This document shows, one piece after another, positions 1 to 11,344 of a DNA stretch of 58,130 bases. The notes below the pieces were generated by a model that saw only the letters and a list, made by a program, of their open reading frames with translations, was not told the origin of the DNA and did not search any database. The stretch lies in assembly GCF_001194135.2 (NCBI RefSeq), contig NC_068993.1:47156714-47214843 (forward strand), read 5' to 3'. Positions within the stretch are counted from its first letter, which is position 1, and each line of letters begins with the position of its first letter. Position numbers and translations under genes: made by a program. Source of the DNA: Octopus bimaculoides (Eukaryota).

Positions 1-56
1 ATGACTGCACTTCTCACTTCCATTCTTCTTGTCCTTTTCCCTAGATCTTCCTACTA

Positions 57-216
57 CATGTCTATCTGCCTGTCAGTCTGTCTGTCTGTTTGCTTGTCTT
101 CTCGTTGTGTCTGTCTGTCTGTCTGTTTGCCTGTCTGCTTGTTTGTTTTTATGCATCTAGATCTATCTGTCTGTCTTTCTCATTGCCTCTATGTATTTAT
201 ATGTGTACACACACAC

Positions 217-253
<37 letters not shown>

Positions 254-290
254 TGTATGTATGTATGTATGTATGTATGTATGTATGTTT
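57..290. repeat. Compound microsatellite (TCTG)n-(AC)n-(TATG)n
   Basis: Directly visible; explains the low-complexity ORFs at 1-386. Confidence 0.9.
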
Positions 291-501
291 ACTACAGATG
301 TTATTGAATGGCCTAATGTTTGGCGCAAATGCAGTTCCCAGATTGTTAAATCCGTAAGAGAATGGATTATTGCTACACAAAATTAATAGAATGTACTCGA
401 AAGTACCCTTAATGTCACGTGAATATAATATGTAGATTAGAAAACTAACGGGGTCGTGAATGTATCACGGATTACATATACACGACCATGGCGAAGGTAT
501 A

Positions 502-585
502 GGCGCGTGGCCTAGTGGTTAAGGTTGTCTTCTCACAGATATAAGATGTGGGTTCAGTTTTTGTGCTGAGCATCACATTGCACTT
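502..585 (+). mobile_element. Degenerate tRNA-derived SINE head (no body)
   Basis: A-box-like TGGCCTAGTGG and B-box-like GGGTTCAGTTT, resembling the heads of SINE families A/C elsewhere in the window. Confidence 0.45.
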
Positions 586-805
586 TTGTGCATGACGTTT
601 ATTATCTCTTTCTTACAGTTTATTTATTTGAAAATTAGTATCAGGCGAAGCGTGTTTTATACCTGTAATACGAAGAGTTTGATAAATCAGCGACACCAGA
701 TGATTTTATACATGCTTCCTCGTGGTTGTGATTGCAGTCTCTGTTTCACTTTCTCTCTGCTTTTCTTCCCTCTGTACATATGTATATAATATACACATAC
801 TTATA

Positions 806-863
806 AACACACACACACATACACACACCTACATTTATACATACACACACACATACACACACA

Positions 864-898
<35 letters not shown>

Positions 899-960
899 NN
901 NNNNNNNNATATATATATGTGTGTGTGTGTATGTGTGTGTGTGTGTGTGTGTGTGTATAT
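806..960. repeat. Symmetric (AC)n-(AT)n-(GT)n microsatellite containing a 10-N gap
   Basis: Directly visible. Confidence 0.9.
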
Positions 961-1191
961 AAATATTATTAGTAGAAAATTATATTTTTTCAACGCGTAA
1001 GTACTGAGAAAACAGCATATATAGGATAAAATGCTGACAGATTTTTCTGCTCTGTTAGGATTTTATCCTAACTGTGCTGTTCTATCAGTACTTACACGTT
1101 AAAAGAAATACATCTTTCTACTTGTACTACAATACGTTTCAGCGCTTCAAAAACAAACTTGTGTTTTCTTTACATATGACTATACATACCC

Positions 1192-1238
<47 letters not shown>

Positions 1239-1336
1239 TATATACATGTGTGTGTGTATAAACACAGTGTATGTGTATGTGTGCTTTAGGGTATTCCTTA
1301 TTGTTTGCGTTCAGTTCTTTTATATGCTTAATACAT

Positions 1337-1519
1337 ACAGTTCTATATTTAAGAGATGAGGAATTATGTACCTTATTTACATTATTAACATTTGACGGAT
1401 ATTTGTCCTCATCTTCTTCGCTGTTAACACAACGTTTCGGTTGATATAACCTTTCAGCCTTCATCTGGTTTCTTGGGGGAATTTTGAACCTGGTTTCTCA
1501 TTCTTAAGGTATTTTTCGA

Positions 1520-1554
<35 letters not shown>

Positions 1555-1632
1555 TCGCTCCCTGGAATCGAACTCGTAATCTTGAGGCTGGTAGTCCGCG
1601 TCATTACCCACTACGCCATATGCCCGTGGCCA
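1337..1632 (-). mobile_element. tRNA-headed SINE-like element: tRNA-like head, (AAT)n spacer, Penelope-like body with minimal hammerhead motif
   Basis: Minus strand: A box TGGCGTAGTGG (1608-1618), B box GTTCGATTCC (1564-1573), (AAT)n (1522-1550), HHR-like motif (1426-1473). The 3' tail 1339-1390 recurs at 37135-37186 (48/52 identical). Confidence 0.7.
1426..1473 (-). ncRNA. Degenerate minimal type-I hammerhead ribozyme motif (Penelope-type)
   Basis: gaaac-CAGAUGA-a-GGCUGA[aagguuaua]UCAACC-GAAAC-GUU-guguu. Core differs from CUGANGA at one position; stem II pairs 5/6; stem I pairs 4/5. Confidence 0.55.
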
Positions 1633-2224
1633 ATTATGGAGTGAATTTTAGGGTTATAAATCTACACAGCAAACTCCGTTCATGATATTTTTGAGGAAGT
1701 GCTGTCGGTGTATCTGGGATGGATTCTCGTTCTATCTTCGAAAACGAAGGACAAACGATCGATAGTTGGACATGTTTTTAGCTTAAATATATTAGACCGA
1801 AGTACAATGAAGACTCTTCTATCTTTCACGCTATATATACTTATACATGCAAGAACATTCTGCCTGCAATATACAGCAGGGTCTCTGGGAAAAAGATATA
1901 TAACTTAGAATCTAAGAAAATTGTATTTCAATGTTCCCGTACACACACACACAAACATATATACAATTCAAATAAGTTATCATTATCTTTTAAAAAAATG
2001 ATGATAAAATGGCCAGTAAACAACCAAAATAGGCAAAATATATATTATCAAAAGTCAGAGTACAATATGCACCTGCTTTCTAGAAAGGAGACTTAAACTC
2101 TCCAAAGCCACGTATCTCTCACTATATCTAAACACGCACGGAGAATCTAGCGAATATAGTAAAAAAAAAAAAACAATCCTCCCCATTTGTAAAACTACAG
2201 AGAGAAGAGAGACATCATCCCAAT

Positions 2225-2400
2225 CAATAGATTTCACTTTCTGTGCCAATGGCATTTAAAACTCATCGCGGGGCCTTCAGCTGAACAGACGCGCACATAG
2301 TGGTAAATATATATTTTAAGAATAGTTTACGTAGTAAGCCTAGCTGAAGATCTTTAAGTGCCATTCACACAGAAAGTGAGATCAATTGATACTGGGATAT
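2225..2400. mobile_element. Palindromic MITE-like element, copy 1
   Basis: About 30-bp imperfect TIRs (ATTTCACTTTCTGTGCCAATGGCATTTAAA / TTTAAGTGCCATTCACACAGAAAGTGAGAT) and an inner CTTCAGCT/AGCTGAAG IR; near-identical copy at 5415-5590. Confidence 0.7.
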
Positions 2401-2976
2401 CTATTCTTTCCTTTGCGGCTTTACAAAGTGAGGCATGCGTGGCATTAGAGAGTTTAACTCCTTTCTAGCAAACAGGTGTATATAGTATCCTGACTTGTAA
2501 TAATAATAATAAAAATAATAATANNNNNNNNNNNNNNNNNNNNNNNNNNNNNNNNNNNNNNNNNNNNNNNNNNNNNNNNNNNNNNNNNNNNNNNNNNNNN
2601 NNNNNNNNNNNNNNNNNNNNNNNNNNNNNNNNNNNNNNNNNNNNNNNNNNNNNNNNNNNNNNNNNNNNNNNNNNNNNNNNNNNNNNNNNNNNNNNNNNNN
2701 NNNNNNNNNNNNNNNNNNNNNNNNNNNNNNNNNNNNNNNNNNNNNNNNNNNNNNNNNNNNNNNNNNNNNNNNNNNNNNNNNNNNNNNNNNNNNNNNNNNN
2801 NNNNNNNNNNNNNNNNNNNNNNNNNNNNNNNNNNNNNNNNNNNNNNNNNNNNNNNNNNNNNNNNNNNNNNNNNNNNNNNNNNNNNNNNNNNNNNNNNNNN
2901 NNNNNNNNNNNNNNNNNNNNNNNNNNNNNNNNNNNNNNNNNNNNNNNNNNNNNNNNNNNNNNNNNNNNNNNNNNNN

Positions 2977-3065
2977 CGTAACTGGTACTTATTTAATCGA
3001 CCCCGAAAGGATGAAAGGCAGAGTCGACCTCGGCGGAATTTGAACTCAGAACGTAGCGGTAGACG
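2977..3065 (-). mobile_element. SINE family B fragment (runs into gap)
   Basis: Minus strand reads GAGTTCAAATTCCGCCGAGGTCGACTCTGCCTTTCATCCTTTCGGGGTCGATTAAATAAGTACCAG. Confidence 0.85.
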
Positions 3066-3496
3066 TATGCGCGTGTATGCATATATAAAACATATAAGGT
3101 AAGATAGATACACTTCATCATCTTGAAACCATTCCATAACTTTTAGTTTATTTAAAACGCACCCCCCCCCCAACAGTCTAGAAGAAAAACAAAAGTATAG
3201 AAATGCAACCAATTGCAAGAACAATACAGTAAGAACAACTTAAAAGCAATGACATACACGATCACAGACTCACAAACAGACACAAACGCATACACACAGA
3301 TGTGAGTATACAGAGACAAGGTAGAAAACCTTGCCCTCACCACAAACAAATCTATCGACTGCAAGAATAAATATGACCAGACCCTCCAGTAAAAAATACC
3401 AGACATAGCTATTCTATCAAGGGAATTAGGCATATATAATGCATATATATACACCTTCACACAGAAACACACAAACATACGCATACACATACACAC

Positions 3497-3497
<1 letters not shown>

Positions 3498-3563
<66 letters not shown>

Positions 3564-3564
3564 C

Positions 3565-3602
<38 letters not shown>
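3498..3602. repeat. (ATCT)n-(CT)n-(AT)n microsatellite flanking a gap
   Basis: Directly visible. Confidence 0.9.
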
Positions 3603-4117
3603 NNNNNNNNNNNNNNNNNNNNNNNNNNNNNNNNNNNNNNNNNNNNNNNNNNNNNNNNNNNNNNNNNNNNNNNNNNNNNNNNNNNNNNNNNNNNNNNNNN
3701 NNNNNNNNNNNNNNNNNNNNNNNNNNNNNNNNNNNNNNNNNNNNNNNNNNNNNNNNNNNNNNNNNNNNNNNNNNNNNNNNNNNNNNNNNNNNNNNNNNNN
3801 NNNNNNNNNNNNNNNNNNNNNNNNNNNNNNNNNNNNNNNNNNNNNNNNNNNNNNNNNNNNNNNNNNNNNNNNNNNNNNNNNNNNNNNNNNNNNNNNNNNN
3901 NNNNNNNNNNNNNNNNNNNNNNNNNNNNNNNNNNNNNNNNNNNNNNNNNNNNNNNNNNNNNNNNNNNNNNNNNNNNNNNNNNNNNNNNNNNNNNNNNNNN
4001 NNNNNNTATATATATATATATGCGTATATATATATTTATGCACATGTTTATGTGCATTTCTATGAAGGGAATGATCGACACACACATACACAAACATACG
4101 CGCGCGCACGCACACAC

Positions 4118-4155
<38 letters not shown>

Positions 4156-5414
4156 TTAGATTGAACGGGCGATGGGGAAATAAACAGCAGAGGTAGAGAA
4201 TACTAGTGGGAGTGTAAAAACAGCTCTAAGTTCTTTACCTTCAGACATAACCATAACCACTTAATACAGATATGACCACCACCACTTACCTTTACAAGAA
4301 TCTGTCCTACTTCCGTGACACCTTGCAGCTATTATTATTATGAGGCTACAGTTGTTGTTGTTTTGTAGTGTTTGTGTTGTTGATGGTGGTGGTGGTGGTG
4401 GTGGTGGTTGTAGTGGTGGTGTTGCTGCTGATTTTGGTGGTTGCGGTGGTAGTGTTAATGGAATGAGTTTTTGTGCAAATTCGTGCCAATGATGGCTGTC
4501 GTTGCGACAGCGGCTGTGCAGTTAGTGGTGTTTATGTTAGAGTAGGATGAATGTTGACAGTGCTACCTACGGCCATTAACTTGATAATTTGGTGTCCTTC
4601 ATTCACATTCAGACACTTTCCTCTAAATTTTTACACCCGATCAAATAAATAAATAAATAAAGTAGAAAATAACATAAATTCCCCTACCTGCATCTCATCC
4701 TCACCCTAGGCCCTTCTTTTCTTTTCACCTTATTCCCCGCCCCTAACTCCTTTCAACAACCTTTCAACCAGTAAAAGTCCCATACAAACACAAAACGCAT
4801 AATCACATGCATATACATACACGCATGCGAGTGACTACACACACATATACACAAACAACTACACGTTCGTGCGCACGCACGCACGATCATACCAACAAAG
4901 AATGGATATTTCTATGGCATAATTTCACTTGCTGGAAATAGCAAGGAAGACTGCACCGGATTATACAATACTCTCTTATGAAATTAAAGAGTATTGATTG
5001 GGAAAATACAGTATATCTGGATTTTTAAAAAAAATGCTTTTTTCATTATGTTTGATATATGCCCAGTCATGTCTGATCTGGTGCTTAATACCAACACGAA
5101 CAATACTATCCCCTCCTATAACCCTACCACGATCACTACTACTACTACTACTGAAAATAGGTTAGAAACCGAATCTTTCTCTCTTAGCAAGAAATCTTGG
5201 TATATACAAGTATTAATATATATATAGATGCGTGCATATATGTATTTATATGTATATACATTTCTGTTAGTTAGCAACTTATCATGCCATCCTCCAATTT
5301 GAATCCTTTGTTGAATACTCCAGAGAAAATTTTAATTCCCTGTTGCCCCAATATAGCCCCAACCTTTGGGATGAAACACAAAATGGAATAAAATAATTAA
5401 CAAATAATTATTTT

Positions 5415-5590
5415 CAATAGATTTCACTTTCTGTGCCAATGGCATTTAAAGCTCATCGCGGGGCCTTCAGCTGAACAGACGCGCACATAGTGGTAAATAT
5501 ATATTTTAAAAATAGTTTACGTAGTAAGCCTAGCTGAAGATCTTTAAGTGCCATTGACACAGAAAGTGAGATCAATTGATACTGGGATAT
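5415..5590. mobile_element. Palindromic MITE-like element, copy 2
   Basis: 176-bp near-identical direct copy of 2225-2400 with the same TIRs. Confidence 0.7.
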
Positions 5591-5785
5591 ATATATTATG
5601 CCATAGAAAATATATTTGATAAGTGTCATGTACGAAAATTTTGGCTCACGAGTCACTTCTGCTGATAATATGTATGAGTGTTTATATGAAAGTATATAGA
5701 ATTAGTTTTATTATTTAAGCTCTATTCTTTTAATTTCAGAAAGACCGAGATCGCTAAAATGAGAACAACACTGTTGTGGCGATGA

Positions 5786-5887
5786 ATTCAAACCAGTGAC
5801 GATAGCACCCGAGCATTGTTGCAATCATTTGGATGGAAACAGTTAAAGGATAAAAGAATAAGCAGTTCAAATCACGAAAATATCTAA
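5786..5887 (+). pseudogene. Possible ancient L2/CR1 LINE ORF2 C-terminal remnant
   Basis: Frame reads TSDDSTRALLQSFGWKQLKDKR, resembling the 'S..LL..LGW..L..RR' motif of L2/CR1 ORF2 tails; short and degenerate. Confidence 0.3.
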
Positions 5888-6001
5888 CCTAACGTTTAAT
5901 CTCTCGTTAAAATATACCAGCAATACGCTACTATACTCCACTTCGAAAATTTGTGACCTTGTGCCTATGAAAGAAATCGTTAATGCTGTTTGTCATTTCT
6001 T

Positions 6002-6265
6002 CTAAATCCAAGAGAACGATGCTTTGGTATTGAACGTCTCGTGATGTTTATCAAAATGTGCAACATGTCCGCTTCGTCTTTGATTATGATACCTAGCTTT
6101 CACTTTGATCTCTGTGCCAGACTCAGCAGAACTGTTCCATAGAGTTGTGACTGCCATTTTCATATTCCAAATTCGGTGCGTGTGTATATCATACACTTTA
6201 TCTTTTGATGTTCGGGTGTCGGCACGTTGCCAGACAGATATGGCTAAGAAACCTGCGCATGCCAA
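6002..6265 (-). pseudogene. Possible ancient LINE ORF2 C-terminal remnant
   Basis: DTRTSKDKVYDIHTHRIWNMKMAVTTLWNSSAESGTEIK weakly resembles the L2 'TR.S...L.IP..RT...SF...LWNSLP..IK' tail. Confidence 0.2.
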
Positions 6266-7555
6266 TTGATACGTTCCATATTAGCAAGGGCAGTACAATT
6301 GCAAACGAAATATTCATTTCTTTTTTTTTTTTTAACTGACAATATAACCTGTAGCATTTATCGACAGACTAGTAATTAATAGTTTATTCCAGGTAGTTTT
6401 ATTATCTGGCTAGACATTTATAATGTACAGAGAAAATCAGCTTTAGGATTCTTTTTTTAAATCCTGATACTTTTTTAGCCAGTGATGATTCTCATAATGG
6501 CTCACATGCATTCTTACAATATTCATTATAAGCTAACCATAAAGAGGAGTGTATCTTCCACTTTTCGTTTCTATGTGTGTGTGTGTGAGTGCGTGCGTTT
6601 GCATGTGTTTGGTGTGTGTTTGGGAGTGTTTGTATATGTGTGTATGTACGTTAGAAAATCCTTTTCGATTGTATTACATTTCCTGTTGGCTTATTCTTTG
6701 CTCAGTTATGTTCCAGTTTATACTTTATGGTTTCTTTATATTTCGAGGAAAATAAAATGTTTCTTCATGTTACTTTATTATATCAATCAGTGAAAGCAAC
6801 CTTTTTAGTGCTTCTGTAGATTCCTAATGCTTATTTATAACAGTTCTATATATATATAACGTACCTCTTTTTGTTGATCTTATTTCTTTTACTGTATATA
6901 AAACCCCAATAGACCAGACGTAAGATCATGATATTCCAACCGAGTCTATCCAGTATTTTATGCAGACATTGTGTATTCCCATCTACAACATTCAATTTTC
7001 CTTTCGATTAACACTCTATGGTGATATTTTATGGAGATGAGGCTGATATTTCTAGCAGATTGGTATGAGCTTCAAGTTGATATGAACAACATATAGTGAA
7101 CACACTTTTCTGGCTTTCATTTCTAAGCTCTTTCTTCGCTGAAACTCTAGTTTGTTACAGAAAGATTATTTTATAACTACGCTAGCTAATGTATTTATAC
7201 CTATTATTTTATTTCCATCATTGTGTTCTCTTTCAAAAGTTATTCTGACTGAAATGTCGGTGGTCGGAGAAAAGAAAGTTAATCTCCATGATTGAATCCT
7301 TCCACTCTACACCGGATCTCCATGTTAGTTCTGATCGATTATATTTATGTTCAAAGCCGTTCTATCCATGACCACGCCATCCTTACGGACATTATTATTT
7401 TTAAAAAAATTATATTATCTAGTATAATCTCCCCTTTTCAAAGAATGCAGCGTCTGATTTTAAGGTGTGGTTTTTATTTCTAAGAGGCTATGCGACCATA
7501 TATATATTCTCCCTTCACTAGATTATTGCTGTTAATTAGTTGCGGGTATATTAGC

Positions 7556-7866
7556 CTATCGTGGCCTACTGGTTAGAGCAGTGGACTCGCGGTCGAGAAA
7601 TCACGGGTTCGAATCTTAGACCGGGCGATGTGTCTGTTTATGAGCGAAACACCTAAGCTTCACCTAAGCGGCTCCGACAGAAGGTAATGGCGAATTTCTG
7701 TTGACTTTCACCACAACTTGCTCTCACTCTTTCCTCCTGCATCTAGCAGCTCACCTGCGACGTACCGGCGTCCCGTCCAGGTGGCGGACTTATACACTAA
7801 TGAAATCGGGAAACCGACCGCTATGAGCCAGGCTAGCTCGAATAGGAACAAACAACAACAACAACA
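7556..7866 (+). mobile_element. tRNA-derived SINE with family-C head, V-domain-like segment and (AAC)n tail
   Basis: A box TGGCCTACTGG, B box GGTTCGAATC; first ~180 bp resemble the 37991-38362 element; GCGACGTACCGGCGTCCCGTCCAGG (7757-7781) resembles the V-SINE domain as recalled; ends AACAAACAACAACAAC. Confidence 0.8.
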
Positions 7867-8086
7867 TATTAGCATATTAGCACAAAAATATTAGTATAGA
7901 CATTGGCATATTAACATAGTTGTAGCTGTGAACCATCGTAAAATACAATGTCAGTCTTTTAGTCTAGTCATGTCTTCCACAAAATTAAATCTTTGTTCAT
8001 AATTAAATAACAGTTACTTGATAGGGGATAGACAAGTGACTGTTTACACCCCTGAAATAGATCTTCAATATTTAGTTACGTTAAAA

Positions 8087-8630
8087 AGGTGTGATGGCAG
8101 AACCGTTAGCAGGCCAGGCAAAATGCTTAGCTGCATTGCGTCCGTCTTTGCGTTTGGAGTTCTAATTGCGGGAAGGTTTACTTTACTTTTTATCATTTAG
8201 GTATCAGTAAAATAGCTACTAGATGAGTACAGGGGTCAATCGACTTACCCTCGACTCAAACTTGCTGGACATGTGCCAAAATTTTGAACCAATATTTAGT
8301 TATGTAAAGGTGGAGTGCTGGTAGAATCGTGAGAATGCCGGGTAAAATGCTTTGTGACAGTACATCTGTCTTGAGTTCAGCTTCCACCGAGGTCAACATC
8401 CAATATCAAGAGCGGGTGGTCAGCTGACTGAATGGTTAGGAGGCCGGCTAAAAGGCTTCTCAACATTTCGTCCGTCTTTACGTTTTGACTTAAAATTCAG
8501 TCGAGGTCGACATTACTTTTCATCTATTCAGGATCGATAAAATAACTGATATTTAAAGGCTGAGATCGATGTAATCAACTTACCCCTCACCCATAATTAC
8601 TGTCCTTGTGCTAAAGATTGAAACGAACAT
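8087..8630 (+). mobile_element. Three tandem, old SINE family B copies (about 8087-8291, 8307-8400, 8413-8630)
   Basis: Each has a degenerate (T)GGCAGAA..GTTAG..CCGG..AAATGCTT head and a GAGGTCGAC-like core; ATTTAGTTA spacers flank them. Confidence 0.7.
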
Positions 8631-8789
8631 TTAGTTATTTCAGTTAGGGGCGAACTTGGTTCTTCTTTGTGTTTCTTCCTCTTGGAATCGACAAAAATAT
8701 GTAACAGTCAAGTACTAAGTTCGGTATATTCAACTTAAATACTCCGATAAAAAAAAAAGAAGAAATTACTTGAACATATTTTTTTTTTC

Positions 8790-8835
8790 TTAAGTTTCAG
8801 CTTAGAGCTGCGGCCATGCTGATGCACCACCGTGT
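8790..8835 (-). mobile_element. SINE family A 3' tail fragment
   Basis: GTTTCAGCTTAGAGCTGCGGCCATGCTGATGCACCACC matches the family A tail (GTTTCAGTCATTTGACTGCGGCCATGCTGGAGCACCGCC). Confidence 0.6.
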
Positions 8836-9002
8836 AGGTGGTATATGTACAAGAAGAATATATGTAGACACACCCCTTGTGGTTGGCTTAGTCTTCTCTG
8901 GGTCACATTTTATATTTCACCTTCGTGGGATCAATACAATATGGATCAATTTAACAGGCAGCAAATATTACTCAAATTTTGGGGCTTAACATCAGCAATA
9001 TA

Positions 9003-9317
9003 TCCTCCTCCTCATCATTATTGTCGTCATCATCGTCATCATCATCATAATCGTCATCGTCATTATCATCGTTGTCATCGTCGTTGTCATCGTCGTTGTC
9101 GTCGTCGTCGTCGTCGTCATCCTCCTCCTCCCCCTCTTCCTCCTCCTCCTCCTCCTCCTCATCATCATCCTCATTTTTGTCATCGTTGTCGTCGTCGTCG
9201 TGTTAGTTGTCTCCTTTCGCTGTCAAGGTAGTCGTGACTGTCACATTATAAACATCTTGATCCTTACCAGGATCTTCCACACCTTCCGCATCAATTGATG
9301 ATGACGATGACGATGAC

Positions 9318-9358
<41 letters not shown>

Positions 9359-9626
9359 CGATGACGATGATGCTGATGAGGATGACGCTGATGATGAGGA
9401 TGGTGATGATGATGATGATGACAACCATGATGGTGATGGTTATTGCCCTCCTTATCGTCTTGCTCAAAATTGATTTCTCCGCCGTTGTAAATGCGGTCAT
9501 GGTGGACGCCACCGTCATTAACCTTTCACCTCCTCTTCATCCACCAGTCCACCTTTACCAACACCACCTCCTCCTCTCCCTCCTCCTCCTCTCCCTCCTC
9601 CTCCTCTCCCTCCTCCTCCTCTCCCT
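9003..9626. repeat. Compound trinucleotide array (CAT/CGT/CCT)n ... (GAT/GAC)n ... (CCTCCTCCTCTCCCT)n
   Basis: Directly visible; source of the poly-H/S/D/M/R ORFs. Confidence 0.9.
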
Positions 9627-10243
9627 NNNNNNNNNNNNNNNNNNNNNNNNNNNNNNNNNNNNNNNNNNNNNNNNNNNNNNNNNNNNNNNNNNNNNNNNNN
9701 NNNNNNNNNNNNNNNNNNNNNNNNNNNNNNNNNNNNNNNNNNNNNNNNNNNNNNNNNNNNNNNNNNNNNNNNNNNNNNNNNNNNNNNNNNNNNNNNNNNN
9801 NNNNNNNNNNNNNNNNNNNNNNNNNNNNNNNNNNNNNNNNNNNNNNNNNNNNNNNNNNNNNNNNNNNNNNNNNNNNNNNNNNNNNNNNNNNNNNNNNNNN
9901 NNNNNNNNNNNNNNNNNNNNNNNNNNNNNNNNNNNNNNNNNNNNNNNNNNNNNNNNNNNNNNNNNNNNNNNNNNNNNNNNNNNNNNNNNNNNNNNNNNNN
10001 NNNNNNNNNNNNNNNNNNNNNNNNNNNNNNNNNNNNNNNNNNNNNNNNNNNNNNNNNNNNNNNCATCATCGTCGTCATAAGCGCGATTATATCCCCTTAT
10101 AATCTGTGTTCCAATCACACCAAGGCTGACCGCCCTTTTCTTATTCTAGAATCGATCCAATAAGGACCAATAAGTTGGCGGCTGTCGTCGGCGAGTTGAT
10201 TATGCTCTTCGAGATAAATCTGGTTCTCTGCCAAATTTAAGGA

Positions 10244-10245
<2 letters not shown>

Positions 10246-10284
<39 letters not shown>

Positions 10285-10322
10285 GTTGTTGTTGTTGTTG
10301 CTGATGTGGCTATAGTAGTAGC

Positions 10323-10359
<37 letters not shown>

Positions 10360-10395
10360 CTTGTAGTAGTAGTTGTAGTAGTAGTAGAAGAAGAA
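10246..10395. repeat. (ATT)n-(GTT)n-(GTA)n compound microsatellite
   Basis: Directly visible. Confidence 0.9.
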
Positions 10396-10514
10396 ATAGT
10401 GTTAATAGTAGCAGAAAACACAATTACTGAAAGGTGGCACAACGGTGACGACGGTAAGAGAGCCAAAGCCTGCGTGTGTATGTATGTGTATATATATGTA
10501 TGTATATATGTATA

Positions 10515-10559
<45 letters not shown>

Positions 10560-11313
10560 NNNNNNNNNNNNNNNNNNNNNNNNNNNNNNNNNNNNNNNNN
10601 NNNNNNNNNNNNNNNNNNNNNNNNNNNNNNNNNNNNNNNNNNNNNNNNNNNNNNNNNNNNNNNNNNNNNNNNNNNNNNNNNNNNNNNNNNNNNNNNNNNN
10701 NNNNNNNNNNNNNNNNNNNNNNNNNNNNNNNNNNNNNNNNNNNNNNNNNNNNNNNNNNNNNNNNNNNNNNNNNNNNNNNNNNNNNNNNNNNNNNNNNNNN
10801 NNNNNNNNNNNNNNNNNNNNNNNNNNNNNNNNNNNNNNNNNNNNNNNNNNNNNNNNNNNNNNNNNNNNNNNNNNNNNNNNNNNNNNNNNNNNNNNNNNNN
10901 NNNNNNNNNNNNNNNNNNNNNNNNNNNNNNNNNNNNNNNNNNNNNNNNNNNNNNNNNNNNNNNNNNNNNNNNNNNNNNNNNNNNNNNNNNNNNNNNNNNN
11001 NNNNNNNNNNNNNNNNNNNNNNNNNNNNNNNNNNNNNNNNNNNNNNNNNNNNNNNNNNNNNNNNNNNNNNNNNNNNNNNNNNNNNNNNNNNNNNNNNNNN
11101 NNNNNNNNNNNNNNNNNNNNNNNNNNNNNNNNNNNNNNNNNNNNNNNNNNNNNNNNNNNNNNNNNNNNNNNNNNNNNNNNNNNNNNNNNNNNNNNNNNNN
11201 NNNNNNNNNNNNNNNNNNNNNNNNNNNNNNNNNNNNNNNNNNNNNNNNNNNNNNNNNNNNNNNNNNNNNNNNNNNNNNNNNNNNNNNNNNNNNNNNNNNN
11301 NNNNNNNNNNNNN

Positions 11314-11344
<31 letters not shown>

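Noticed and set aside
1-357. ORF starting at base 1 (MTALLTSILLVLF...), resembling a signal peptide
   Set aside because: It runs straight into (TCTG)/(AC)/(TATG) repeats; the ATG at the window edge is probably coincidental.
4288-4332. Minus-strand ARCHGSRTDSCK(G) with a strong donor AAG|GTAAGT, like trypsin DSCxG
   Set aside because: Spacing from the preceding Cys is short, there is no credible acceptor, and no GDSGGP exon was found.
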